A DNA stretch of 64,000 nucleotides from an uncultured Acidobacteriota bacterium (GTDB lineage: Bacteria > Acidobacteriota > Terriglobia > UBA7540), in assembly GCA_963804995.1 (NCBI GenBank), contig CAWDSK010000006.1:768001-832000 (forward strand), read 5' to 3'. The notes under the pieces were generated by a model. That model was not told where the DNA came from. It did no database searches and saw only the letters and a list, made by a program, of their open reading frames with translations. Numbering within the stretch: the first letter of the stretch is position 1; every line of letters begins with the position of its first letter. This document shows positions 43,901-54,681 of the stretch, in pieces. A program made the position numbers and the translations under genes.

Positions 43901-44160
43901 GGGTTGAAGAGGTCCTGGGCTTGAAGGTGCGCGGGGATCACATGCAGTTGAATCCGGTCATCCCCGGATGGTGGGAGGGCTTCCGCCTGCGCTATCGTCA
44001 CGGTGAAGCCATATACGAGATCCAGGTCGAGAATCCGGAAGGCTGCGAGCGAGGTGTGTCGAGGGTGGAGATGGATGGTCAGCACATGCGGGATGGGGTG
44101 ATCCCATTGGATCGGGGTCTGGTCAAGCACCGGATCCTCGTACGCATGGGGAATCCGTAG
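34995..44160 (+). CDS. Cyclic beta-1,2-glucan synthase (Cgs/NdvB/ChvB-like; GT84 plus GH94 phosphorylase), split by three frameshifts (~35079, ~38448, ~41653)
   Basis: AEWLLDN, GWERKRGK, ITLDSDT, LSHDLIEG, RWIRGDWQ, TSPTNIG, YDLLASEARL, MAHHQGM, QSGGAFGFRDQLQD, GDWND, GVRENGGQYTH and WYTGSA motifs in four consecutive frames. Confidence 0.92.
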
Positions 44161-44793
44161 CAAGCGGCTTGAGATGGGATTCCCTGTAATGGTGAGTCTG
44201 GAAATCACAGACATATGCAGCTTCATTGGTGACGGATAGGGCCGTTTCCGCGACAGTTATATGGTACGGCTGACGCAGGTCCGTCAATGTTCAAGAACGT
44301 CCCTCCCCTGTTCACCATCGTGGCACCAGTAGAGCCGCCCTCCATTTGTCACTGATCCGTGTCCCTGCCCAGATTGCTGATGGGTTACAATCAATCGCGT
44401 ATGTCTGAAGCACTCACCGATGTGATCGGATCGGGTCAGACAACCATTGGACCGGTTTCGCCTGTAAACTGTCGCCACGATGGTCGTGGGATTCACATAT
44501 TTCCCGGTATGAAGTGTCCGCACATTCTGTTTACATAGACATCCCTTATCTCCGTTCCATATTGATACCACACATGGGGGCGCGGGTCTCTGCCGGTCCA
44601 CACACCTGAGATGTCGTAGGCCGGCGTGAATTGCCCATAAAGTGAGGCTTCGTTGACCCTGATGAAGATAACTGCCAGCTGTGATCCGCAATAGTTTCTT
44701 CCGGCGTCCTGAGTCGGATTTGCTTCGAGAGGTAGAGCAGGAGTCTGCACGTCCCATCCAGCTAATCCGATGGGTTCTCGCGGCCGTTGAAAC

Positions 44794-45061
44794 TTGTGGA
44801 AATTAGCAGCTACAGGGAATCTTCCTCATGGTTTTCGTTGTGGTCCTTGTGCTGACTGTTCTCGTCTATTCCCAAATGAGTCGCGATGCGACCTTGAGCT
44901 ACATTACGAATACAAACCCAGGAGAGCTGGGATGGGATTTCTGGATGCGATTGGTGGGATTTGGCATCGGCCCGCTGATCGGGCTCCTGACTACCTTATT
45001 CCCCTCGATCTCTGATTTTGTGTTTTCGTGGCTCCAGCCGGGCGTGCAGGCCCTCAAGTGA
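44794..45061 (+). pseudogene. C-terminal fragment of a membrane protein
   Basis: Hydrophobic helices with YSQMSRDATLSYIT..PG.LG..F; no intact upstream frame. Confidence 0.45.
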
Positions 45062-45189
45062 ATCGCGAACAGATAGCGGGTAGCAAAGGTTAACGTTTTT
45101 GTGACCGTGGGCTTTTTCCCTGGATTTACGAACCGACGGTCAATTCTATATGCGAATTGACCGTGGCTACCTCTGGCGAACTTAGCTGA

Positions 45190-45231
45190 GAATTCAAGAT
45201 TTAAAATTCAGAATTCTAAATTCAAAATTAC
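45190..45231. repeat. Degenerate heptamer tandem repeat (x6)
   Basis: GAATTCA AGATTTA AAATTCA GAATTCT AAATTCA AAATTAC. Confidence 0.6.
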
Positions 45232-45241
45232 AGAAGCTTCA

Positions 45242-45502
45242 TTGCGCCTTTTTGACCTGCATTGTAATCCGAAGGCCGGGGATGCGGGTCCCATTGCTGA
45301 ATCCCTTCAGCGCGAGCTAACTTGCCTTCGCACGGACTTCGCTGTTCGGCCGAGCCTCGTCGTGGTCACTGGAGACATAACTGACCGGAGTCTCCCGGCA
45401 GGTTTTTACCAGGCTGACCAGATTCTCACGGCTGTGCTCCAGCACCTTGAACTGGATCGATCGCGGCTTGTCCTCGTGCCGAGCAATCATGATCTGACAT
45501 GA
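45242..45502 (+). pseudogene. Metallophosphoesterase domain fragment
   Basis: DLH...VVTGDITDR...VLVPSNHD (GNHD-like); truncated. Confidence 0.65.
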
Positions 45503-46819
45503 TCCGCTCTGCCTTGGCATTCTGCGTCGTTGGCGAACTTCCGCGAGTTCTATCAGCGCTTCTATGCTGGGGAGAGGAGTTTAAAACCACCAACCGTCCT
45601 TGCGGGCATAGGAAATAAATATTCCGGTATTGCTCGGCTTGCTCATGTGCGTGGAACAATTTACCACGCTTGTTTGGCGGTTGGGGTGAGAATTGTCCTG
45701 GCAGGTCATCCGGCTGCAAACTGGATTTGGAACGACAAACGCCCTTCCAGCCCAGGATAGAGTCAGCGCAGCGTCGTGGATCAGTTGAAGGCTAGGAGAC
45801 CAGACCGATCCCTTTATAGCATCAGAACTAACTGGCCGGCTGAAGTCCGAACTTTGACATGCAAGCAAATTGCTGCGCAAGCATGAATAAATGCACATAT
45901 GACCCCAGCCAAGATAAGGCGGGGGTACACCGGGGACATATTAACTTGTTTCGTGCTGTTCCTAGAACGTCATCCAGTGCCTCCGTGTTCCTGTGATTCC
46001 CTGCAATTCCCGTAAGACCGCGTACTTTCATGGCGAGTTCGAGTCTCCCCACCCCTACCATGTTTTCAACAGGTTGCCACGGAACATCGAATTCGAAAGG
46101 TACAGCTTCGCACGAGTTCACAATTTTTCCCCGTTCACGAGCACCCTGGCCCGTGATGGAATGCTCCGCCCTTCACGAGGCGTACCGATGGCTCTGCCCC
46201 CAAGTTCGGCAGGGGACCATCACGGGGAATCTTGTTTTTGAAGCTTTCGATAACGATGCCGGTCGCGACCGGGGACCCGGCGGCCGATGCTCGTATCGTT
46301 AGTGGTTTCGCGCACATGCTGGCGCACGCGGATGGGTATGGAAGGCTTTGACACTGCCGAACTGAGGCACAGGGCGGGGTTCTCCCGAGGGGACATCATC
46401 AGAGGATCCCTTCGCCCGACCTTTCGATCACACCCTCATGCGTTAAATGCATAAGCACGCATCAGTGCTCCCGATCAATGCACACGCGACTCAGCTTGCC
46501 CGGCCAGAATCCATTTACCGCAGGGTGTCCCTTAACCGAGGATTCCCGGCCTCGCTGGAAGCAAATCCGTGATGGGCACCGCTTGAAGAAATAAATATGT
46601 GACCGACAATTGCAGTCTGAAGCTCCGAACCCGACCGTACCAATAGATTTCGAGCAACGCAGACTCAAGCAAGAATTTTGTTCGTCCGTGGTGTCCACTT
46701 GGTGTCCATTTCTATAGGGTAAGACATAGACTTAAGGGACTCCAAGAGACAGGAAAGAACGACTCCATGATCACGCTTATCGCCTTTGTTTATGCGGATG
46801 AAATGCTAAGTTGAAGATT

Positions 46820-46883
46820 TGGTAGCGCTACCGGGAATCGAACCCGGGTTTTCAGATTGAGAATCTGACGTCCTAACCCCTAG
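46820..46883 (-). pseudogene. 3' 64 nt of tRNA-Glu(CTC) with a foreign 5' end: att-site remnant
   Basis: TCAGA-TTCTCAA-TCTGA anticodon arm, CCGGG-TTCGATT-CCCGG T arm and ACCA are intact; the 5' acceptor strand GGAGTTG pairs poorly. Confidence 0.85.
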
Positions 46884-47167
46884 GCGGCAACTCCAGAGAG
46901 CCACCTGGGGCCCGGAAATAGTCCAGATTTGCCACGCCATTTGCAGTCCCCGGTTTCGGGCCTCATAGGGAATGCCAGCGGTCGTGAGGAGTGAGCTTCG
47001 ACTCGGCTTTCCAATCGGTCGCTGCTTGGTGTTCCAAAAGTGTTCCAAAAGTCTATGAAATTGGTACTAAAGGGGATCTTCTTTTGAGCGAAAGCAGACG
47101 CCCCGAATTGGTGTAAAGCCATGGAAAACATGGAAATGGATGGAATACATGGAAACTCGCCAGCTTC

Positions 47168-47212
47168 CTGTCACGCATGAGGTCGAGTATTCAACCTCCC
47201 TCAGTTCCATCA
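47168..47212 (+). pseudogene. Degenerate tRNA-Asp(GTC) 3'-half-like remnant
   Basis: CCTGTCACGCATGAGGTCGAGTATTCAACCTCCCTC resembles an Asp anticodon loop plus T arm. Confidence 0.5.
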
Positions 47213-47590
47213 CCCTAACGCATACAAATCAAAACGTTAATTGACCTTTTTATTATCCGCATACCTTTGGCGCGGGTGTTATCGCCGAACCGCTACTAGT
47301 CCAAGAGCTATGCGTTGGAACGTTTTGGCCTGCTTCCGTTCCCGGTGCCCCCGCGTTCCAACTGCGCGGAACCCCGTTGACGGGCCTACTGGATTGAAAG
47401 TTCCAACCGACCTTATGGACCGATTGGCCGCACATTGCGCCGTGAGTTTCCCGGTTGTGCTTCCTGCGTTATTGAGGCAAACACCGTCCCGCAGGCTGTG
47501 CTTCCATTATGCTTCCAATAAACGGGCTGAAAAAGCGAAGCAGAACCAAGCTAGTATGCTTTGAATCAATGAGATGGCCTTGGGCGACTA

Positions 47591-47640
47591 CAGCCCTGAA
47601 AAGGCTGGCGTCGGCGGTTCAACTCCGTCCCGCGGCACCA
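47591..47640 (+). pseudogene. 3' half of tRNA-Phe(GAA): att-site remnant
   Basis: CAGCC-CTGAAAA-GGCTG, GGCGG-TTCAACT-CCGTC and ACCA present; no D arm or 5' acceptor strand upstream. Confidence 0.8.
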
Positions 47641-47836
47641 TATCTGCTATGTTAGCAATGGCTTCCAGCCATCAAAGTCCCTCAAGAATACCTTTCGCGC
47701 CGCCTGTCCTTGCCCACACTTTAATCAGAGTGATCGCCGTAAGTTTTGCGATATCAAGAAGGTAGAACTTGGTAGAGCGCAGCCCAGTAGGGCTTGGCGT
47801 CGACCGATTGGCGAACTACCTCGGACCATTTAACTA

Positions 47837-48112
47837 ATGAGCACAAGAATTTGCATCTGTCATTTGCCAGAATCTCATCCGCGACAACACCTGGTGCGAT
47901 TCGTCCTCGTCTCAGGGTGAAAACGGAGCCTGAACTCGGTCAAGAGGTGCTTTGAGGAGTGCGAAGCTCGCGCCGTACGGACAACGCTCGGGCAACGCCA
48001 GGAATGGGGGCGGCGGGGAGGTCTGGCGCGCGCGAAGGGGCACAGCCAGGAGGAGCTAACACGGTGGGCGAAGATGGGCGGGCGGCCGCCCAAGAAAGGC
48101 AGGAAGCGGTGA
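47837..48112 (+). pseudogene. Small basic protein with an internal TGA (47918)
   Basis: C-terminal WGRRGGLARAK...WAKMGGRPPKK is in frame with ATG 47837. Confidence 0.4.
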
Positions 48113-48477
48113 ACCGCGTGTCTATCGAATCACTGACCTTGGACGTATTTGAAGCGACTATTGAGGGAAAGGTGTTCAAGTTTCGTGATGAAGTTGAGTC
48201 TTCGAAACCGCTTGTCGATTTGGGCCAACGAGCCCTTGATGAAGGCGGACTGGGGAATGCAGGCTCCGTGCTTGAGATGCTTCGGGAGGCGGAACCGACG
48301 AGGGCAATAATGCACGTGGCAGGACTCTTGACGCGATCGCGCCTTGCGCCACTTTTCCAGGAGGATGCTAGCTATTTGTCAGAAGTCCACGACCACCCAG
48401 AGCGCTTCCTAGACAGGATTCAGAGTCTCCTACGCGGTTGCTTTCATGCACGGCTGGAACGCGCACGGAGCCGTTGA
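48109..48477 (+). CDS. Hypothetical protein
   Basis: GTGA start/stop overlap with the preceding ORF; 122 aa. Confidence 0.45.
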   Translation: MNRVSIESLTLDVFEATIEGKVFKFRDEVESSKPLVDLGQRALDEGGLGNAGSVLEMLREAEPTRAIMHVAGLLTRSRLAPLFQEDASYLSEVHDHPERFLDRIQSLLRGCFHARLERARSR

Positions 48478-48717
48478 GGAGGCTCAAAGCATGGATATGT
48501 TCGGAGGCGGCGGAGAGGTGCACCAAGGCCCGAAACTGGTGTGAAGTTAATGGTAGGTCCCAGCAGACAGGTGAAGGAACATTGGGCCGAAACGAAGTGG
48601 CCTGTAGACTCTCATTACCTCTGGTACAAAAAGCCGGTCACCTCAATACCACGGGGTTGTCAAATTTGTAATTCTGCCAAAAAGGTGGAAAAAGACGTGC
48701 AGCCCCCAGTGCGTCGG

Positions 48718-50677
48718 CTACAAGACAGACAGGAGTTGCATCAAGGCACGATGACCCTCCTGTATCGCGGTATCGTGATCCGATTCTGCCGCCAGGTCCG
48801 TGTTGGCAAAGGCAATCCTGCCAAAGGGGGCTCGACGCAGGATTTCACGCGGAGCGGGTTTGCCGTCCTCTCCAAACGTAAATCTAGGCGGGATAACAAC
48901 ATAATGATGCCCCCAACGGTTCAGGATGATCCCGGCAATATCCCGCCGTGGGTCAAATCCGGACATCGAAAACATGTTGGTAAACTGCTCGCGTATTTTC
49001 CGCTCGTACTCGCGAAAGGAAGTCGAAAGTATTTCCGCCCGGCCTTTGCTGCACTGTTCGGCCACACCTAAGCCTTGGTAAAAGAACGGCACGATAAGGG
49101 TCAGGACGGTGGGAGAGTCCGGTCCGATGGTGGGCGAGTCGGCGCCAAACGTGGCGATGGTGCGCACTTCCGTCCAAAAGCCGAAGCCCTCGAACCAGCG
49201 TCCTCCGGAAAGGCCTAGTTTGTGCAGAAAGCGCCAGTTGCGCACGGCCACGTTGGCCACCAAGGTCGCGTTATAGTTGAATTGGTCATAGGCCTCGTGA
49301 TGGGTGGAAGGCAGGTCCCGCACCACATGCTTGGTGATCCAGCCGCCTCCCGCCATGATCACCGTGCGGGCCTTCAGGCGATAAACCTTCCCGTCGCGTG
49401 TGTACATCACGCGGACATAGGAGGATTTTTCCGGCTCTCCATCATGTTCGACACGGACAACCGTCGACCGCAGGCGGATGCGGACTTGATTCGCAGGGCG
49501 ATCCAGCGTGGCAAGGTTGACGCGGTTTCGGCAAACCGCCTCGAGCGTGCGAGGGCCAGGGATCACATCCGGGATGAGGGTCTTCACGATGTGCCGCGTG
49601 AAGCCCGTGTTCCCGCCGGGGAAGCTATGCAGCTGTGCGGGGTCGCCGGGGAGGCCAAATATCCACCGGTAATGGTAACCGCTCATGGCATCGACTCCAA
49701 GCCCAAGGTCGGCCGCGAGACTGGGACCCATAAACAGGCGGGCAAACTCACGGCTTAGGCCGTACCGCTCCGCGATCACCTCGCAAGTGAGGGTATCGAG
49801 GTGGCGCAGATCCTCTTCCGTCTCATGCGGGGGTGATTGGTTCCGCTCGATGACCAGCTTCAGAAACTTCGCGAAATCGGTTCGCAGTTGGGGGGGTAAG
49901 GGAGCACGTTCCAGATTGTTCCAGGGATCAACGAGCCACATTCCCGGTTGCTGGCCAAACTTCGGCCCAAACCAGAAGCCGAAGTTGGAGGGGGAGGGCA
50001 AAAACCGCTGGTGTTGATAGCTGGTCCGGCTCAACGGCATCGTCGGGGGAGGGCCGCCCCACTCCTGGTATTTGAACTCACGGAAATCCACCCCAATGCG
50101 CGCGTAGAATTGTCCAACCAGATCGAGTCCGCGAGTCGTAAAAAAGTTTGAGCCTGCCGGCGCCATCAACCGGTGCCCATCGACCCTGAACTCGTTCAAC
50201 CGCGCCTGGCCGCCGAAAATGGGATGGTTTTCGAGCACCAAACAGGTCTGCTTGGGCGATGCCTGGTCTTTGAAATAAAGCGCCGCCGCCAAGCCACTGA
50301 ACCCTCCCCCCACGATCACCAAGTCGAAGATCTCGCCCGTGTCGACCCCGAACGTCGAGGGAGAATCGAAAACGCCATCCCGCACGGCATGCGCGGCGAG
50401 CACCGCTTCTTCCGTTTGCCCGTTGGCGCCCGTGTAATCGCCCACCCCGGAGATATCCTCCCCAGGACGGCTGCTGTCCAAGGAGTTGAACGGGGGTCAG
50501 CGATTTTAGCAGCACACTTCCGGAAGCCAGCAGGGCAGAGTTCAGAAAATCGCGTCGACAAATCCGCGCATTCATACCCAAAGTGCCGTCGCTCGTCTGC
50601 GCGGCCATGTTTCCAATCTGCGCCTGGTTCACTTTAGACTTCCTTGGGACCTCGGAATCGCTCAACCTTACCTTCAT
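48718..50677 (-). CDS. Tat-exported FAD-dependent oxidoreductase (spermidine-dehydrogenase-like), frameshifted near 50454
   Basis: RRDFLN Tat motif; DLVIVGGGFSGLAAA, LENHPIFGG, FPGGN, NRWGH and GRIAFAN; removing one C restores WGGYSGVGDY. Confidence 0.85.
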
Positions 50678-50777
50678 GCTTCCTCCTCCCCAAATCCTGG
50701 ACCCTTTCCTGTAGCACGTTACTCTCATTTGATCAATAACCCCCTGCTTCGGGTGCACGACATAAGAGCGAAAAAGC

Positions 50778-50969
50778 GGAGGTAGCGCGGGCGTCCCGCC
50801 CTACAACTAAACCCCTAGCCTGGAGCAGCAGGATACAAAGCTAAAGTCAGATGACAGAAACGCACGGGCAGGATGCTCGCGCGACCGCTCTTGGCATGGC
50901 CATCTTGGCCATGACGGCTCACGGGCGGGACGCCCGTGCCACAGCGGGCGAGACGCCCGCGCTACCTCC
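50778..50969. repeat. GTAG-type REP cluster
   Basis: Outer IR GGAGGTAGCGCGGGCGTC..CGCCC / GGGCG..GACGCCCGCGCTACCTCC; inner CACGGGCGGGACGCCCGTG and CATGGCCATCTTGGCCATG palindromes. Confidence 0.75.
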
Positions 50970-51471
50970 CGGCCCGCGCGTTTCTCGCAATGCCCCGCTA
51001 CGCAAGGACACACGTGATGGATCAAGAAAACCTCAACCTTCAACTTCTATGTCGCGCACCCACGTGCAAAAGCAGGCTTGACAAGATACAAGGAAAGGAA
51101 TATAGCGTGGGCGAAGTCTCTCCGGAGGTGGTCAGAACGTCCTGCCGCCGCTTTTCTCCTACCAGCTTTGCTGACCGGATTCCAGATTTCCCCGTCCCTT
51201 GCGCCAGCAAGCATAAGGGGATCGATGTCAGACATCGTGACATACCCGAAGGGACCCGTGTGTGGAAATTTACGTCTTCAAACTGCTCAAGCTGCCACCC
51301 GAGCAGGAAGCCAAAGTATTAGGTGGGAATGTCCGGCCGCTCCTTGGCCATGGCAGGGTGGCTGTCTTCACCTAGAATCTGTCACCCTCAGAAGCATGAA
51401 GGTGTATCCTTAGTTCCCAGCAATAATCTTTCGTCCGAGAAGGTAGCAGAATCTGAAAGAAGAAATGAGTT

Positions 51472-52815
51472 ATGAAAAAGAATCCTTTGACGCGTCGTGA
51501 GTTCTTGGAAAGGACTTCTGCAGGCTTGGCGCTGGCGAGCGGTTCTCCTCGTGCGGCTGCCGTCTCAGGAAATCCCAATGTTCTGGCCTTGAACGGAGGC
51601 ACTCCGGTTCGAACTAAGCCCTTTACCCAGTGGCCTCAGACGTTCGAGTTGGACGAAGCGAACATTCTCAAATCCCTGCGCAGCCATCGTTGGTGCACCT
51701 ACGACAAGGGGAATTTCATTCCCGAGTTTGAGAAGGCGTGGGCTAAAGAGTTGGGGGTGGGTGGCTGCGTGACAACTCCTTGCGGCACGCATGCTCTTCA
51801 TACCGCGTTAGAAGTAGTGGGCGTTAGCCCTGGTGACGAAGTTCTGGTGGCCCCTTACACCTACATCGCCACGATTGACGCCATCCTCCTTAATTTTGCG
51901 CTGCCGGTGTTTGTGGATACCGATCTGAAAACCTTTACCATGGATCCAGGCGACATCGAACACCGCATCACCAAGGACACGCGGGCGATTTTGCCTGTCC
52001 ACATGCTGAGCAATGCGGCACATATGGACAAGATTCTGGACATAGCCAAAAAGCATAATCTCCCGGTGATTGAGGACGCCTGCCAGGCGCACACCACGAC
52101 TTGGAAGGGCAAGCGGCTGGGAACGCTGGGAACGGCCGGTTGTTTCAGCTTCCAGGAGAGCAAGGTTCTGCCTGGCGGCGAACTGGGCGCTATGGTTAGT
52201 AATGATCCGGAACTGATTAAGAAGGCTTACACTTGGCGTAACTTTGGCCTACCGCCGGACGCCCGCCACGAAACCTTCGTGGTGCGGGGGGCCAAGTACC
52301 GGACCTCCGATTTCGCCCCCGCCGTCGCGATGGCACAGATCACTCGCTACCAGAAGGTCCATGCTATACAGGAGGAGAATGCCGCATATCTCAAGGAGCA
52401 ACTAAGAAAGATACCGGGGATATATCCCCAGGAGCAATACCCGGAGACGGCGCACCAGACTTATTACCACTTCGGCATGCGCTATGACGCGGCGCATTTC
52501 AACGGCGTGCCCCGCGACATGATCGTTAAGGCAATCAATGCAGAAGGAATTCCGATGGGCGGGGCTTATGGACCCGCGCTCAATCGCGAACCGTACCTGG
52601 AACAAACCCTCAATTCCCGGGGGTATCAGCGGATCTACTCCAAAGAGCGCCTGGCGCGATATCGAGAACAGAACCTTTGCCCGCACAACGACGAACTCAC
52701 CGCTACGGCCATGGAGTTCGGCCATCATATGCTGATGGGATCAAAGAGCGACATGGACAACATCGCGGCAGCGTTTTCCAAGGTCCAGAAGAATGCCGCG
52801 GACCTGGCGTCGTAA
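51472..52815 (+). CDS. DegT/DnrJ/EryC1/StrS PLP aminotransferase with a Tat-like signal
   Basis: TRREFLE; GTHALH, PGDEVLV, ILPVH, IEDACQA and FSFQESK (PLP lysine). Confidence 0.92.
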   Translation: MKKNPLTRREFLERTSAGLALASGSPRAAAVSGNPNVLALNGGTPVRTKPFTQWPQTFELDEANILKSLRSHRWCTYDKGNFIPEFEKAWAKELGVGGCVTTPCGTHALHTALEVVGVSPGDEVLVAPYTYIATIDAILLNFALPVFVDTDLKTFTMDPGDIEHRITKDTRAILPVHMLSNAAHMDKILDIAKKHNLPVIEDACQAHTTTWKGKRLGTLGTAGCFSFQESKVLPGGELGAMVSNDPELIKKAYTWRNFGLPPDARHETFVVRGAKYRTSDFAPAVAMAQITRYQKVHAIQEENAAYLKEQLRKIPGIYPQEQYPETAHQTYYHFGMRYDAAHFNGVPRDMIVKAINAEGIPMGGAYGPALNREPYLEQTLNSRGYQRIYSKERLARYREQNLCPHNDELTATAMEFGHHMLMGSKSDMDNIAAAFSKVQKNAADLAS

Positions 52816-52984
52816 GGCCTTCTCCGGCCATCTTCTCCGCCCGCGTGGTCAATGCGGTAGTGGAAGGCAGAGTTGTTTTGTGGGGGCGAAGGGGGGCCTT
52901 CGCCCTGCAACCTCAATATCCGTGGATTCCGAGTTGTTGATAGCGCCCAGCGCTGGGATAGATGGCGTGAGTAGAATCATTGCC

Positions 52985-53118
52985 CCCCATAACGACGAAA
53001 CTGTGCACTGCGAGCATGTGGCTCCGTTACAGTCTGTTGATCGGTTCGGATGGTGATGTGGATGACATTGTTGAGGCCTTTACGAAAATTGAGAAGAACG
53101 CAGCAATGTTGTTGACTG
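52985..53118 (+). pseudogene. Degenerate C-terminal fragment of another DegT paralogue
   Basis: PHNDE..., LLIGSDGDVDDIVEAFTKIEKNAA parallels LMGSKSDMDNIAAAFSKVQKNAA. Confidence 0.65.
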
Positions 53119-53264
53119 AAATGGTTCGGTTGGAAACAAACGGGTGTGTACTTTCAGGCGGTGCAACGCCAAAAAGCGCATTCCGGACAAAGCTGGATGA
53201 TACCTATCGTACTTTATCCCCCCACGGGACATTTCCTTGGTGCATCCATTAGCGCAGGGAGCCG

Positions 53265-54572
53265 ATGGACGAAACCCACAAGCCGCACAAACCCCCGATC
53301 CGCCACCTTCGCTGGTGGATTGGGGGAGTTCTCTTCGCCTCAACGGTCGTCAACCTCATCGATCGGCAATCCTTAAGCATTCTGGCGCCCATTCTGAAAA
53401 TCGAGTACCGTTGGACCAACACCGACCTTGCCATCATTCTGATTTCATTTCGCGTTGCCTACACGATTATGCAGTCGGTAGGCGGCCGGTTGCTGGACCG
53501 ACTGGGAACGCGCAAGGGACTTTCGATCTCAGTGGCGTTTTATTCCATTGTGGCGGGGGTGACCTCCCTGTGCCGGGGATTGGTCAGCTTCAGCGTATTT
53601 CGATTTCTGCTCGGCGCCGGTGAGGGACCCAATTGGCCGGGCGCAACCAAGGCCGTTTCCGAGTGGTTCCCTAGTAAAGAGCGCGGCTGGGCGGTGGCGA
53701 TATTTGACAGTGGTTCCTCGGTCGGCGGCGCCGTCGCTCCGTTCGTTGTGCTGTGGGCCTACCATACTTTTCATAGTTGGCGCCCTGTCTTCTTGATCAC
53801 GAGCTCATTCGGTTTCGTATGGCTTGTCCTTTGGCAATGGCTCTACCATTCGCCGGAGAAGCATCCTCGCATCTCGCCGGAAGAACTTGCCTACATTCAA
53901 CAAGGTCGCGGGTCCTCCCAGCCTCCGCAAGGCTCCTCACCCTCTGTCGGGTGGTTCCGATTGCTGGGATATCGCCAAACTTGGGGGATTGTCCTCGGAC
54001 GATTCCTCCTCGATCCTTACTGGTATCTAATGTCGGAATGGTTTGCCATCTTTCTTGTGAGCAAGGGATTCAAGCTCGAACAGAGCATCCTGGGATTCTG
54101 GATCCCTTTCCTGGCGTCGGATCTCGGCAATTTTTTTGGCGGGGCGCTTTCCAGTTTCTGGATTTCCCGCGGTTGGCCCGTGGGCCGTTCCCGGCGCACC
54201 GTCTTGCTGATTTTCGGGCCGAGCATGCTGATTCTCATGGCCTGCGCGTTCACGTCGAAGTACTTGCTGCTCGTCAGCCTCTTTGGTTACGCCTCCTTTG
54301 CTTTTTCGGCGTGTGCCACCATGTTCCTTTCTTTGCCCGCCGACGCTTTCAACACTCGAGCGGTGGCGTCGGTCAGCGGATTGTCAGGGACAGGGGCGGG
54401 GCTCGGAACCCTGCTCTCCACTTACTTGATCGGTCGCGTCACCGACCGCTTCTCCTTCCAACCCGTAGTCATCGCCGCGTCGATCATTCCTTGTCTTGCC
54501 ACCGCCGTGTTTGTTTCGCTGGTCCGCGCCCCCAAGCGGCCGGACCCCCAGGGCCTTTTGGTCGACTTTTAA
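53265..54572 (+). CDS. MFS transporter, ExuT/hexuronate-like
   Basis: NLIDRQ, GRLLDRLGTR, RFLLGAGE, EWFPSKERG. Confidence 0.92.
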   Translation: MDETHKPHKPPIRHLRWWIGGVLFASTVVNLIDRQSLSILAPILKIEYRWTNTDLAIILISFRVAYTIMQSVGGRLLDRLGTRKGLSISVAFYSIVAGVTSLCRGLVSFSVFRFLLGAGEGPNWPGATKAVSEWFPSKERGWAVAIFDSGSSVGGAVAPFVVLWAYHTFHSWRPVFLITSSFGFVWLVLWQWLYHSPEKHPRISPEELAYIQQGRGSSQPPQGSSPSVGWFRLLGYRQTWGIVLGRFLLDPYWYLMSEWFAIFLVSKGFKLEQSILGFWIPFLASDLGNFFGGALSSFWISRGWPVGRSRRTVLLIFGPSMLILMACAFTSKYLLLVSLFGYASFAFSACATMFLSLPADAFNTRAVASVSGLSGTGAGLGTLLSTYLIGRVTDRFSFQPVVIAASIIPCLATAVFVSLVRAPKRPDPQGLLVDF

Positions 54573-54681
54573 ATCATCAACTCCCACCCGGGACACCCCC
54601 CAGATAGAGAAAATTGGTGCAGGGGGACGCTGAACAGCTGGATGGAATTCCAGCGCGAGTGCTTTTCCTTAGCAACGCCTT

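Noticed and set aside
46820..46894. Functional tRNA-Glu gene
   Set aside because: The 5' acceptor strand has a mismatch and three G-U pairs and lacks U8; better explained as an att remnant
30776..47920. TGA recoded as Trp or Sec (in-frame TGA at 30776 and 47918)
   Set aside because: TGA is the normal stop of icd, ilvB and others here, and both cases lie in decayed genes
50936..51322. c-type cytochrome (CSSCH motif)
   Set aside because: Single motif in an ORF that starts within REP repeats and lacks a signal peptide; probably chance
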